Source: Octopus bimaculoides (taxonomy: Eukaryota). Taken from it: a stretch of 64,000 bases of DNA. Positions 22,811 through 35,370 of this stretch are shown here, piece after piece. Made by a program: the position numbers and the translations under genes. The notes beneath the pieces were generated by a model, which had not been told where the DNA came from, ran no database searches, and saw nothing but the letters and a program-made list of their open reading frames with translations. Positions within the stretch are counted from its first letter, which is position 1, and every line of letters starts with the position of its first letter. Location: positions 94,766,156-94,830,155 of the forward strand of contig NC_068983.1 in the NCBI RefSeq assembly GCF_001194135.2, in the 5' to 3' direction.

Positions 22811-24539
22811 NNNNNNNNNNNNNNNNNNNNNNNNNNNNNNNNNNNNNNNNNNNNNNNNNNNNNNNNNNNNNNNNNNNNNNNNNNNNNNNNNNNNNNNNNN
22901 NNNNNNNNNNNNNNNNNNNNNNNNNNNNNNNNNNNNNNNNNNNNNNNNNNNNNNNNNNNNNNNNNNNNNNNNNNNNNNNNNNNNNNNNNNNNNNNNNNNN
23001 NNNNNNNNNNNNNNNNNNNNNNNNNNNNNNNNNNNNNNNNNNNNNNNNNNNNNNNNNNNNNNNNNNNNNNNNNNNNNNNNNNNNNNNNNNNNNNNNNNNN
23101 NNNNNNNNNNNNNNNNNNNNNNNNNNNNNNNNNNNNNNNNNNNNNNNNNNNNNNNNNNNNNNNNNNNNNNNNNNNNNNNNNNNNNNNNNNNNNNNNNNNN
23201 NNNNNNNNNNNNNNNNNNNNNNNNNNNNNNNNNNNNNNNNNNNNNNNNNNNNNNNNNNNNNNNNNNNNNNNNNNNNNNNNNNNNNNNNNNNNNNNNNNNN
23301 NNNNNNNNNNNNNNNNNNNNNNNNNNNNNNNNNNNNNNNNNNNNNNNNNNNNNNNNNNNNNNNNNNNNNNNNNNNNNNNNNNNNNNNNNNNNNNNNNNNN
23401 NNNNNNNNNNNNNNNNNNNNNNNNNNNNNNNNNNNNNNNNNNNNNNNNNNNNNNNNNNNNNNNNNNNNNNNNNNNNNNNNNNNNNNNNNNNNNNNNNNNN
23501 NNNNNNNNNNNNNNNNNNNNNNNNNNNNNNNNNNNNNNNNNNNNNNNNNNNNNNNNNNNNNNNNNNNNNNNNNNNNNNNNNNNNNNNNNNNNNNNNNNNN
23601 NNNNNNNTATATATGTATGTATATATAAAACATTCCACTATGACATTGTAGTAAAATATAACAGATCTAAAAAGCAAGATAATATCATTTGAAACTCAAG
23701 TGTAAAAGAATTGCTGTGTTTACTCAGTCTTTCCAAGAAAGTCAACAAAACAGTAATTGGTATAATGAAATCTAATAAAAGAGTATATTTCTTAAAGGAG
23801 ATGTGATTATATGCTGAAACATTTCTTAGGTTACATAATTGAAGGTGGAGGGGGATATTTCTACAGTTAATAGAAAGTCTGAAGCAGTGTTATTCTGTAG
23901 GTATTTGCTAAATACCATTTGGTGAAATCCTCAAGAGATCTTTTCTCTGTCCATTACACATCACTAGAATTCTATTTTTGATACCTTTGCCTCATCTTTA
24001 TTCTATCGTTAATAATAATTCTTACTAATTTTGGTACAAGGCCAGCAATTTTAAGTGATGTGGGGATAAGTTGATTACATTGACCACAGTGCTAAACTGA
24101 TACTTGTTTTATCAAACTCAAAGGGATGGAATACAAAGTCAATCTCAGTGGTATTTAAAGTAAAACTGCAAAGAGCCAGAAGAAATGCTGCTCAGCATTT
24201 TGTCTGACTCACTAATACTCCTGGCAGCTGGCCAGGCAAAATGCTTAGTAGCATTTCTTTTCTTTTTTTTTACGTTCTAAGTTCAAATTCCGCTGAAGAT
24301 GACTTTGCCTTTCACTCTTTTTGAGTTGGAAAATGAAGAACCAGTTGAGCACAATTTCAAGCCTTGTGTCTGTTATAGAAAGATTGTTTTGGGTGGAATC
24401 GCAGAATCATTCAATGCCGTACAAAATGCCTTGAAGTATTTGTTCCAACTGAGGTGGATTCCGCTGAGGTGGATTTTGCCTTTCTATCCTTCCGGACAGT
24501 ATTGGGGTTTATGTAATCGATCAACACCTCCACTCCAAA

Positions 24540-25010
24540 TTTCTGCCTATGTATGAAAATGTTGTTTTAGAAAGCGAGAGCGATATAACATCGGACTCAG
24601 TGCTTTATGTTATTTAGTTTTTTCCCTGAGTTCTATCACAAGGAAGGCCTTTGATTGTCTTGTTTCTATACCGATTAAATAAGTGGCAATAATACAGAGG
24701 GGTGATAAAATAAATATGACTCAATTGACTACGCCTCTTGTTAAAATTTAGTTTTCCGTACAGACAACAAAAATGACTAATTTCTTTTATAAAATTGTCA
24801 GCTGACTGTTTTGAAATTGTGGTGCGCTTAATCCGAGAATAGCGGATTAGTAATATAGATTGTTCGGTTTGAAGAACTCGAATGCTGTATTGTTGATATT
24901 TTATTTTTTCACCTCCATCACAGAAGATGTCATGTGGCGTTTGGTGTGTGTGATCAGTTCTTTGGGAAGAAAAGCGAAACATTAAGAACACAGCAACGCC
25001 ACTTGTCACC
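24540..25010 (+). promoter_or_regulatory. Probable PLEKHM1 promoter/5'UTR region
   Basis: Local CpG enrichment relative to the AT-rich flanks, directly upstream of the ATG exon. A GTCATGTG M-box-like site lies at 24929-24936. Confidence 0.4.
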
Positions 25011-25029
25011 ATGAGTTTCTCTAACCATG
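25011..25029 (+). CDS. PLEKHM1: PLEKHM1 probable first coding exon: MSFSNH-(D)
   Basis: ATG in gtcaccATGA context and a strong G|gtaagt donor. Phase 1 matches the next exon, and it lies in a locally CpG-richer, promoter-like region. No homology support is possible for 6 residues. Confidence 0.6.
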
Positions 25030-27605
25030 GTAAGTAGACTTCTTCTAAGGTATAAATGTAAAAGAGAACATGTATTCACGTCGTGTGAAAAAAAGGAAAG
25101 AAAACAATTGTATTGTAATACTATTAAATAATTTCTTTATGTACAGTTGTCTGAACTGAAGCAACAATTTACAATTTAGTTATACATTAATACTAACACA
25201 CACACACACACAGATAGATAGATAGATAGATAGACAGACATACACGCACTCAGTTATTGTATATGTGCGGAATTGATATTTTTGACATTGGTGTCTGTGA
25301 CGCATTATATAAATGGTATAATTAGTTGTGCTAGTCATGAATCACGACGAGTTACAAATTATTCAACAGACTTATCATCTCTGCCCCCTCCTAATGTTTA
25401 TATAGAACACAACAATATAGTACTGTTCTTACAAACTGTTCTCCCTGCAGTTCTTCAGCCTTTGTATTGAGTTATATCTATTTGTCTTTCTTACTGTTTG
25501 GATATTATCACATGTTTAAGAGATTCTTTATTACTTTTTTTTCCAATTTTATATACATATATTTTTAATGACAGATCGATCTTTTTTTCGGATTTTCGAA
25601 CGTAGTTACCGTCAAATTTGTATTTAGAGTACTGTCATTCTGAAATGTGGTTGATTCGAATTGTCATAGACACTTCTGTGTAGTTTTGATTCCCTTATTC
25701 TATCCTTTTGTCCATTTGTCGTTCTTTATATTTATCTATTGTTTTCTCTGTTCTTGACAACTCACAAATCGTTCATGGCAGCTTTTCATCACGAACAGAA
25801 GTTAACAGTAATATTTTAAACACTTCTTATATTGTTGTAACTATACACACTGCTAATAATTTTAGATACATACATACGTACGTACATACACTTACATAAT
25901 CACACACACACACACAAACAAACAAACACACTCGTGTTTACGTTAGAGACTTACTTTTCACCTGGAACTAGTCCCTGCATATGACTGAGTATTGATACTT
26001 AGGCATATTAATAGATCCACTATTCTACCCACTGTATAGATCTTGAGACATTTATAGAGAATGTGGGTGCAAGAGCTGATGATAAATTCTATGTAATAGT
26101 TCCCTTTTAATTTCTACTTATGACCAGAAGTGTATACATCTACCACACTAAGTGATACAAGTCAATGTATTTAGGCCTCAAATTCATCTTACAAACGTTT
26201 GTAATTACTGGTTTCGGTAGCACAGTCATTAAAACCGAGAAAAGTAATAATTTTCAATTATAACATAAATAAATTAAAAGAGGTTTGAGTGAAGAATGTT
26301 ACCGTATTATACAGTTGTTTTTGCATTAAAGGTTTTGTATTACACCCGTAGTGTGAAAGGAAAATATTGCTGAGGTGAAAATAAGTGAAATCAACATAGA
26401 TGTTGTGGAAAGAGATAAGACAATTTAGTGTTTCATTTAACTAAAGTGTGTCATGATGAAACTAGCTGATCAAGTAAAGTAGAAAGATTTTTGTTCTATT
26501 TGAATTCTGTTTAAAGGAAGAGTAAGCTACCTTGACTATGTTTCTGTTGAGAAGAGAGCCTAGCTGTATATAGCCAATATGTGGCTAAGAGATACTGTCT
26601 CTTATTGGCCCCATAAACTGGTGGAAAACAAACAGTGAACAGCCAAAACTTTTCTTGATTGTATGAGAGTTGCTACATTAGCCCTTCTCAATTGCTGGGA
26701 AAACAATAATTGATAACAATCAGAACAAATAAAAAGATAAAAAGACAATGTTATTCATGCTAAATCAGCAAAAGAACCATCAGAAAATGTCCTGTATACG
26801 TACATGATGGAATTGAAATTTACATGACGTGTACATAAGTGATCTGTATAATGCATGCATGAGATCTGTATGCCTTCATGCAAGTGTGTTGTAGAAAGTG
26901 AGTGAGTATGAATATTCGTGATTTTGTCTATATACAAATATGAGTCTACATTCCCATCTGGTACATGTTTTGTAGTGGAAACTGAGCTGGTTAGTAAAGT
27001 GACACAGTTTAAGAGTTCTCTATTTTAAACTGTAGCTGCAGAAAGGGGTGACTCATTAATGATGTTTAGCTCACTACTGTTCTCTTCTAGAGCTGATCTG
27101 GCTTACCTGGCAATTGCAGCTTCTCAGTTTGTACTTCATAGCTGGTGAGCACTTTCTGGTTGAAACAAACCATTAACAGAAGCAAACAGTGTAACCATTG
27201 ATATTATGTTGCCTATTAGGCAAAATGGGATACCACATTTGGAAGTCAGAGTCAGATCATTAGACCAGTAAGTAGGCAGCTTTAACTTTATAGCTGATTG
27301 GCAATCAGCATAATTCGAATCACAATGATGAGCACAATGAGTTAGAACAAATTTTGAAGATTTCATAACTATTATCAGAAAAATGGTTGCCAGGGTCACC
27401 AGAAAATATAGATTTGAAAGTCAGTGATGATAAATTATATGTAATAATTCTCCTTTATTTTCTACATACTACAAAAAGTATAAACCTTTAACTAGTGCAA
27501 TAAGTCAATATGTTTAAACAACACATATTCACTTTGTAAATATAGATTTAAATTGCTTGTTTTATCCTCACAGAGAAGAAAATTAACAATTTTTAATTAC
27601 AGTTC

Positions 27606-27838
27606 TCTTTTATTCTCTTTTACTTGTTTCAGTCATTTGACTGTGGCTATGCTGGAGCACCGCCTTTTTAATTGAGCAAATCGACTCCTTGGACTTATTC
27701 TTTGGAAGCCTAGGACTTATTCTTTGGAAGCCTAGTACTTATTCTATCGGTCTCTTTTGCTGAACTGCTAGGTGACGGGGACGCAAACACACCACCATCG
27801 GTTGTCAAGCGATGTTGGGGGGACAAACAGACACACAA

Positions 27839-27875
<37 letters not shown>

Positions 27876-28040
27876 TATATACGACGGGCTTCTTTCAGTT
27901 TCTGTCTACCAAATCCACTCACAAGGCTTTGGTCGGCCTGAGGCTATAGTAGAAGACACTTGCCCAAGGTGCCACGCAGTGGGAATGAACCTGGACCATG
28001 TGGTTGGTAAGCAAGCTACTTACCACACAGCCACTCCTTC
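27606..28040 (-). mobile_element. SINE family A copy
   Basis: Reverse complement of the 14671-15057 element. Confidence 0.85.
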
Positions 28041-30504
28041 TGCCTATTAATAAAAAAGAAACAAGGTTTGAGTAAAACATGTTGTGGAAGTAACATTATA
28101 CATATGTTTTTGAATTAAAGTTCTTTTCTGTTATATGTGTAGTGTGGAAGAAAAATGTTGCAGGGATAAAAATAAAATAAATCAATGCAGGTGAGCTGAG
28201 GGAAAAACTTATCAAAGTTTGTTGTTTCATTTTGCTAAAATGAGTCCCATGTTGAGACACATTTTAAATAAACAAACAAGAATAAAAAGACTTTGCACTC
28301 TTCCAGAGTAAGCTGACAACTGTTCAGGCTGCATTCTGCCAAGGAAAGGTTTTCAGTTCCACTTTATTTAGCAAATGTCTGACTGAGAGTTACTACTCTC
28401 TGATTGGTCAAAAAGAAAAAAACATTAGATAGCAAAGTTTCAAAATTGCATCTGTTTGCATGAGGTTTGCTTCACATTATTTTTAAGGTGTCAGAAAGTA
28501 GCTAGGTATGCTGGCAAATAAATGTGACTTGATATATCAGATCTACACATACTCAACCATCATTCTAAGGACTCTCATTAGGTTAAATTTAGTTTTTTTA
28601 TAGCTTCACTTATTTCTTTTTACAAAGATTTGGACTTCAAATAATGGCAGTATTTGTACAGTTCTCAACCATGTTTTTAGTTTTTGATCATATCAGTATA
28701 AGCTGAAAGAACAATGATGATGATATTAACGATGTCAGTGACACCTGTATTTTAGTGAGTTTACTTCGTTCATCTCATTGTCCCTAGGAGCTGTCTTTGA
28801 GTCCAGTAACAATCCCCTTGCTTCTAAAATTTTGGGTAAGTCAAACTTTAATTAGCCTTCTTCAAACTCATGGTGATTCATATCATCACAAATTTCAAGG
28901 AATTTTTAGTCCGGTAGATGTTGTTACTTCATTTAATATTTATTATTTGTTTTAGCTAGCTGCCTGGCTTCACTTTTACTGTTTGGCTGCAGATTGCAGC
29001 CAATTTAAATATACAAGTTACTGATTAATTGAAGCTACTTTATTTGACTTAGCCACTACTGGACTGTACAGTCAGCTAAACATAACATAGTATGAACAGT
29101 GAACCATAGGATGTATGAGCATTAATAGAGCAATGTAAATATTTGTGGAGAGCTGATAATTGCTGAGCTCACTAAATAATTTTAATATTATTATTAGCAT
29201 TTAAAGACATGAACTTTGTCACAATGAGATGTTAGACCTGCCAGAAATGGCAACCCAAATGTCTCTCATATTATAACCTAACATCTTAAAAAATGAAGTT
29301 TATATTGGGCATTGTAGTTTTATATATATGTATATGAAAAAGATGGCTGATCCTGAACAAAATGTCTCCCATCATATAGGTCTGCTGGGTCAATGTAGCT
29401 CTCTGACTAAAACAACATCAAACCTAATATTTCTTTCAGATTTATTCTCCATGATTTTATTGCTTCCTACATAATTCTTTTTTTATGAACAGTCATTTGT
29501 TTGAAACCATTTATTTCTCCATTTTTGTATTCTTATCCAATCAAGCACTGAGGTACACTATGTGCCTTTTCTCTTAGTGATAACTGATTCTAATTTTGGC
29601 CATTTTCCCCACTTTTTATCAAGTCAGATCTCCTCATTTAATTTGTTATAAATTCCTATCTTCATTGCGTCAATATTACATTTATAACATTTGATAATCT
29701 TGTTGTGATGTCTGTCATTGCAATGTGACTGTTATGATGTGTGCAATTACAATGTGAGTGTTGATAATAGTTCTGTAATGTGACAGTTGATAAAAGTGCT
29801 GTTTGTCATTGCAATATGCCCTTGCATATTATATTGGTTATCTTTTATGTTAGTTTAAAGATGAGGGGAATACCCATGAATTTGTTAATCTCCCCTTGTT
29901 TGTGAAATTGTGATGACAATAGGTCACTTCAGATTATGTAAACTGTTAAGATTAAAATTGGTGTCTTTGAAAGTTTCAAAAAGTTGAAGTTGTAAGATAG
30001 GTAGCATTAAGTATAGGGTCTTGCACATGAGACACAGTAATGATTACGAAAAAAAAAAAAGAAACAAACATTGATTAGATTTAAATGAGCAGTATAGAAT
30101 TAGCAATTTAAGCATGTTGAGACTTTTGTTGCCTTAAGAGAAGATACAACTTAATAATGGCTCAGTGATTGAAGGTTGCTTGTTAGTGTGAGTTTTTTTT
30201 TTTTCAGGCAGTAGTTTTTCCTAGGACCAAGGAAATATAGCGAGAACATTATCCTAAGATGCAATTCATCGTAGGGCATAGTAATGTTATTTTCTACATC
30301 TATTTCAGCCATACTTTGGTACACCTAATACTGCTTTCTTATAATATACATTATATGGCTTTATTTAATAAAATATTATGGCTTCAATCCAGTTAGCAGT
30401 ACAATAATTGAGTCAGAGGATGCCTTGCTTTTAATAATTTGCACCAATGCTTAAATAATGCCTGCATTGTACAGTTTCAAGTCCTTTCATTTCTATTTAT
30501 TCAG

Positions 30505-30607
30505 ATGAAGATAAAGAAAATGCCAGAAAAGTTAAAATTACCAAAGAGCTTTCTAAAACATTGAAAGCTTTACAAGCCTCACAAATGTTTGATGAACCAG
30601 TACAAAG
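30505..30607 (+). CDS. PLEKHM1: PLEKHM1 exon 2: DEDKENARKVKITKELSKTLKALQASQMFDEPVQ-S
   Basis: ttcag acceptor and AG|gtcagt donor. It resembles the PLEKHM1 N-terminal helix (IK.KL...VKALQ). Confidence 0.8.
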
Positions 30608-30936
30608 GTCAGTAAATAATTCAATTTTTTTCACAAAGCCTTCATTCGGTTTATGTTAACCCTTGGTCTACTAGAGAAAATGTATGTCACTAATTACCAG
30701 CTGGGTCCAATGGACCCAAATTTTTTCTTTTATTCAAACTACCACTATTTCTTAGCTACATTATATATGCTATCAGGTGAATGAAGAATTACTGTTTCTA
30801 ACAATTTTTTATTTAAAAAATACAGCTTACAGAATATATTATAAATTTTAAAAATTACAAAAATACAGAATTACAGCTCCTCATGACAGTGAATGCAGAC
30901 AATACTGGAATATTCTTGGCTAACATGAATATTACA

Positions 30937-31127
30937 CAGTTCTATATTTAAGAGATGAGGAATTATGTACATTATTTACATTTGGAAGATATTTGTCCTC
31001 ATCTTGTTTGTTGTTAACACAACATTTCGGCTGATATACCCTCCAGCCTTCATGAGGTGTAGTAGCATAGTGGTTAAGAGTGTGGGCTACTAATCCCAAG
31101 ATTCTGAGTTCGATTCCAGGCAGTGAT

Positions 31128-31161
<34 letters not shown>

Positions 31162-31297
31162 TCGAAAAATACCTTAGGAATGAGAACCCAGGTTTGAAAT
31201 TTCCCCAAGACACCTGATGAAGGCTGGAGGGTATATCAGCCGAAACGTTGTGTTAACAACAAACAAGATGAGGACAAATATCCGTCAAATGTAAATA
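30937..31297 (+). mobile_element. tRNA-head/hammerhead-tail element, copy 2 (5' inverted duplication of the HHR tail), nested in piggyBac
   Basis: Same head, body and tail as 13977-14255. The segment ~30970-31060 is the reverse complement of ~31209-31299. Flanked by the 12-bp direct repeat ATGAATATTACA (30925-30936, 31298-31309). Confidence 0.85.
31209..31254 (+). ncRNA. Minimal type I hammerhead ribozyme with intact core
   Basis: GACAC-CUGAUGA-A-GGCUG(gaggguauau)CAGCC-GAA-ACGU-U-GUGUU. Stem I is 5 bp, stem II is 5 bp, and helix III is the palindrome ACGU, as in dimer-cleaving PLE hammerheads. Predicted cleavage after U31249. Confidence 0.75.
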
Positions 31298-33619
31298 ATG
31301 AATATTACAGTTCTTACATGTAGTACGAGTTTTCCTGTCTTTTTTGGGGCCACGCAAAGAAAATCTTCCCTTTTGCTTTGGCTGAGGAATCTCAAATGAG
31401 GTTGAAGATCATCTTCTTTTCTTGTTTGGTTGAGAAATGTTAGCGGAACTAGAAGATTGTTTGTCATATCCTTGTTTAGCATGAACTCTAGCAAGTTCCA
31501 TTCCTAGCTGAATTAGGAACTGTCTTCTTTTATCCTTGAAACTTTGCAAGTGAAGCTGTTTAGCAACAATGAAAGTATTTACTGCACTTATATCAATCAT
31601 GTTGTCGAATATAACCATAGGCCATCTTCCAGTCATTCTTTTGTCCTTACCACCATCTTATCTTTGGTATGTACTCCTCCTTTTGTTTTGTTGTAACATG
31701 TAATAACTTCAGGTTTCATTTCAGCACTTTTTGAATCAATTGAAGGCTGAGAGTGCATTGTACTCACAAATGAGACTACATAATTTTTCTTGGGACACTA
31801 AGATAGAATCCTTTTGAAATCCAAATATTGTGCTGTTGATTTCTCTTTCTTTTCCATTTGTGAAAGCACTTGGAATTTCAACTCTGTTCTTTCTAATTGT
31901 TCCAACTAAAGTAGTTTTCTTGCTAAGCAGCTTTTGAACCAGTCCTAGACTTGTAAAAAAATTATCACAAGTTATATTGTGATCAATATTTTCAAGTTCT
32001 TTTACTAGGTCTTCAACAGCTCTTGAACTTTGATTTGTCTCTCTCCCTTTTACTGGGGCTTTTCCAGTGTAGATTTGCATTTTCTAGGCATAAGATGTTT
32101 CACTGTCACATATTGCCCCAATTTTAATTCCATATTTCCCTGGTTTTGAAGGAATATATACCCGGATTGGGCAGCACCCTGTGAATGAAACTAATTGTTC
32201 ATCAACTGTCATGCATGAACTTGGAACATATCCATCTTGCAAATTCTGATTCCACATTTCAAATACTTCTCTTATGGGCTCCAATTTATCATCACTTCTC
32301 TTTTTTCTTCTTGCACTAGCATCATCAAAATGCAATACTTGTAAAATCTGTTGAAATCTTACCCAGCTCATAATTTTGTTGAATATAGGGTGGCCATGTT
32401 CTTGATTCCATAACTGTGTGACATTTTCATGTTTGGATTTATAAACACCTATAAGAATAATCAGTCCAATAAATTTTTTTAGTTCAGAGTGATCAATTTC
32501 CTTCCGTTTATCTTTGTAAACAACCTGACCTTCAACATTTGATCGTTACGAATTACTTGAAGAAGATTCTGGTGCATAAACATAGTAAAACTTGTTTTAA
32601 TGCTATCGCGTGACCTTTTAGCAAAATGGGATGGTCTACATTCTTGACACACAATATTGCAAGATGAAGTTCCTACTGCTGCTTGAGTAAGGGGATTAGA
32701 ATACCAAACTTCTTGTCTGTCTCTAGAAACATATTGCTCATTCATTGGGTGGCTTGCAGATAATTGTTTTTGAGTATCTTCATCATCTGATGACTGAGAA
32801 CCTAAACTGTCCAGCACACAATCACTTTCATCATCAGCTTCAGAGCAATAGAAGGAATCACTACTATCTTCTTCCTATTCTTCATCTAATTCCAATAACC
32901 TGTTCGATATTTGGTCTTCACTCAAGTTTTCATGTCTAGGCATATTGGAAAGCACAACTGAACTATATGAAACTTGATAGCAGACTAAAGGCAGATATTG
33001 CTCTCTCACATATTAATACTCTCCTGAAAGACGATGCAACATATTGTAAGAATTGCATCACCCTATAACCTAGCAGATTGAAGGTGATACAATACCATGC
33101 AAATTTACAGGAATATTTTCATAATTTTTCCTATTTTATCTGTAATTCAGCAAATAAATTGAATATAATTTTATCCATTTTATATCTGATAAATATCTAG
33201 GAAAATAATATTTGTTACTGATTTTATTCTGTTTAGAATGACAAGGATATTGTCTGAATTTAATTCAAGGGTCCAATGGACCCATATGGTAATTAATGTA
33301 TAAAGTGAAATTTTCTAGCTTTTATAAGCATACAGAAAATTTCCAATTTTGACAAATAAAAGAGAGTCAAGAAAAAGTAAGAGTCACGAGAAATCAGCAG
33401 AATCAAATAATATAAACAGTAGGCAAAAGCAACTGAAAAAACTGAAATGGGTCCATTGGACCCATTGTAGATAGAAAGTTAAAACAGGATATATTCTTAA
33501 TGTCAGTTCTTTTATATTTTTAGTTATACCTAAGCTTTGAATGTAACTGTGAAAGTCATAGCAAATCTAGTGTCAGGTTATGGTCAGCTTACATAAGAGG
33601 CAGTTTGGGTGTATATATA

Positions 33620-33893
33620 TATCAGTAGCATGTAAATGAACCCATTACACTCTGAGTGGTTGAGAGCGTTAGGAAGGGCATCCAGCTGTAGAAAATCATT
33701 CCAAATCAGACTGGAGTCTGGTGTAGCCTTCCAGCGTGCCAGCCTGGTCAAACTGTCCAACTCATGCCAGGATAAACAACGGACATTAAATGATGATGGG
33801 CTTCCTTCAGTTTCCATCTACCAAATCCACTCACAAGGCTTTGGTCAACCTGGGTCTGTAGTAGGAGACAGTTGTCCAAAGTGCCGTGCAGTG
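33620..33893 (+). mobile_element. RTE 3'-tail fragment (+) abutting a SINE family A fragment (-)
   Basis: gagtggttg..gcgttaggaagggcatccagctgtagaaa...ggacattaaatgatgatg, then the reverse-complement SINE A body. Confidence 0.75.
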
Positions 33894-34698
33894 TACATTT
33901 TATAAATTGTTTATTGTACTCTGCCAGTAAACAGTGTTATTGTTTGAAATCAATATTTTTAAATAACTGTATGTAGTTAAAGAAGCTACATTTATTTTGA
34001 CATTAAGGTCGATTGTGGTTAACACTGAAATGTTAAAATGTGTTCCCATGGAGTCATATTTGAAACTCGTTTTATATGTACTTAAAAACCTAGTGTTAAA
34101 GTTTATCTGTTAAAAAACAAAAACAAAAACAAAACATTTATAATCTTTTGAATTAAGCTTAACAGTTGTATCCTAAGTTCTTGGTAGCACATCATAAGTA
34201 TTAGACTGCAGTTTCAGATTTGTCAATCCTTATTAGAGTTGCTGCTCTGATACCAAAAGAAAATCAGTTCAAAGATAATATTACTTAGTTTATACATGAG
34301 CAAATAAATTTCAGTTTTGATATTGGTTTAAACAACTGTTAAAAAAAAAAAAGAATTACCAAGACAGTACATATATAAAAATAAATTAAGTATACTGGAG
34401 GGTATTTATGATTGAAAATATATGTATTGTAGTGTGTTCTCTGATAAAGATTAGTGAATCTGAATCTGTAGTCATTTTGAAATCCCTCACATGTCTCCAA
34501 GAATTTAGGGTATATTTCCAACTTTCAATTCATAGCAAACTCATGTTTTAAACAATTAAACAAATATATTGAATGTTTTAACCACTGTTCAGTTTTGGTG
34601 AATTAGTAATTTCTATAGTTTGTATATCACAACCAGTTTTTATATGAATGACTGTTCTACAAATTTTTCCTTTTCATATTTTGTTTCTTGTTTTGAAG

Positions 34699-34777
34699 TA
34701 ATGAACTATCCAACCGACTTTGTGACATTCTTGAAGCTATATTCCTTCATGGACTTAAGGAACCAGTTACGCATAAG
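34699..34777 (+). CDS. PLEKHM1: PLEKHM1 exon 3 (RUN domain): NELSNRLCDILEAIFLHGLKEPVTHK
   Basis: gaag acceptor and AAG|gtaaaa donor. Contains the RUN motif LC..LEAIF.HGL. Confidence 0.92.
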
Positions 34778-34789
34778 GTAAAATAACCA

Positions 34790-35370
34790 TTTATTATTAT
34801 TATTATTACTGAGTGAGAGAGCAGTGCATGTCATCAAAGTGACATTGGAGTACAAATATACAAAGCCCAATATATCCATCATGACTACCCATCTGATAAA
34901 GGTACACCAGGCACATGCATCACAACCACATGTGTGCGACATCGTGGTCTCATATCAAGGTAAACAATGCATGACCTTGCAGGTGGGGCCCAGTTAAAAT
35001 TTTCTTCAGGTTGAGTAGCCCATCCCACTCAAAAGGTCCCTGAGTAAGGTTTGTTTAAGGATGATGAACGAAACACCCATGTTTCCAGAGGTGAATTATT
35101 CAAACCCCAAAGAATTCCTTTCGACTTCCCAACACATGGCTATGATGCTCTCCCACTACTTCTGCTTGTGATCAGAGATGCACATATCATCAACCACCAA
35201 GGGACATGCTCAACTGGTTATGGTCAAGCAACTGACAAGCAAATCTGTAGTATTGAGCAGAATATTAGCCCATCTTTTATACCAAGATAAAACATGTACA
35301 TGATAGCACTTCTAATCAGTTCAGATCAAAAACCATGAGAACCACTGCCTGATACTGCATTTTATTATTA
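34790..35370 (-). mobile_element. Dispersed repeat with (TAA)n tail (non-LTR 3' end or SINE-like)
   Basis: Reverse complement of ~57450-57960, sharing gaattcacctctggaaacatgggtgtttc, cagggaccttttgag and ctctctcactcagtaataataat. Confidence 0.7.

Larger units (their letters stand above)
30660..33478 (-). mobile_element. Near-full-length degenerate piggyBac transposon in PLEKHM1 intron 2
   Basis: TTAA at 30656-30659 and 33479-33482, degenerate TIRs, and subterminal GGGTCCA(A/T)TGGACCC palindromes. Transposase motifs MTVDEQLVSF.G.CP...YIPSKPGKYGIK, ITCDNFFTS and YNKTKGGV(H)..D.M...T.RWP. Confidence 0.9.

Noticed and set aside
27136-27399. 87-aa minus-strand ORF followed by a strong ccag|gtaag donor in PLEKHM1 intron 1
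   Set aside because: There is no recognisable domain, a stop precedes the donor in this frame, and I found no partner exons.
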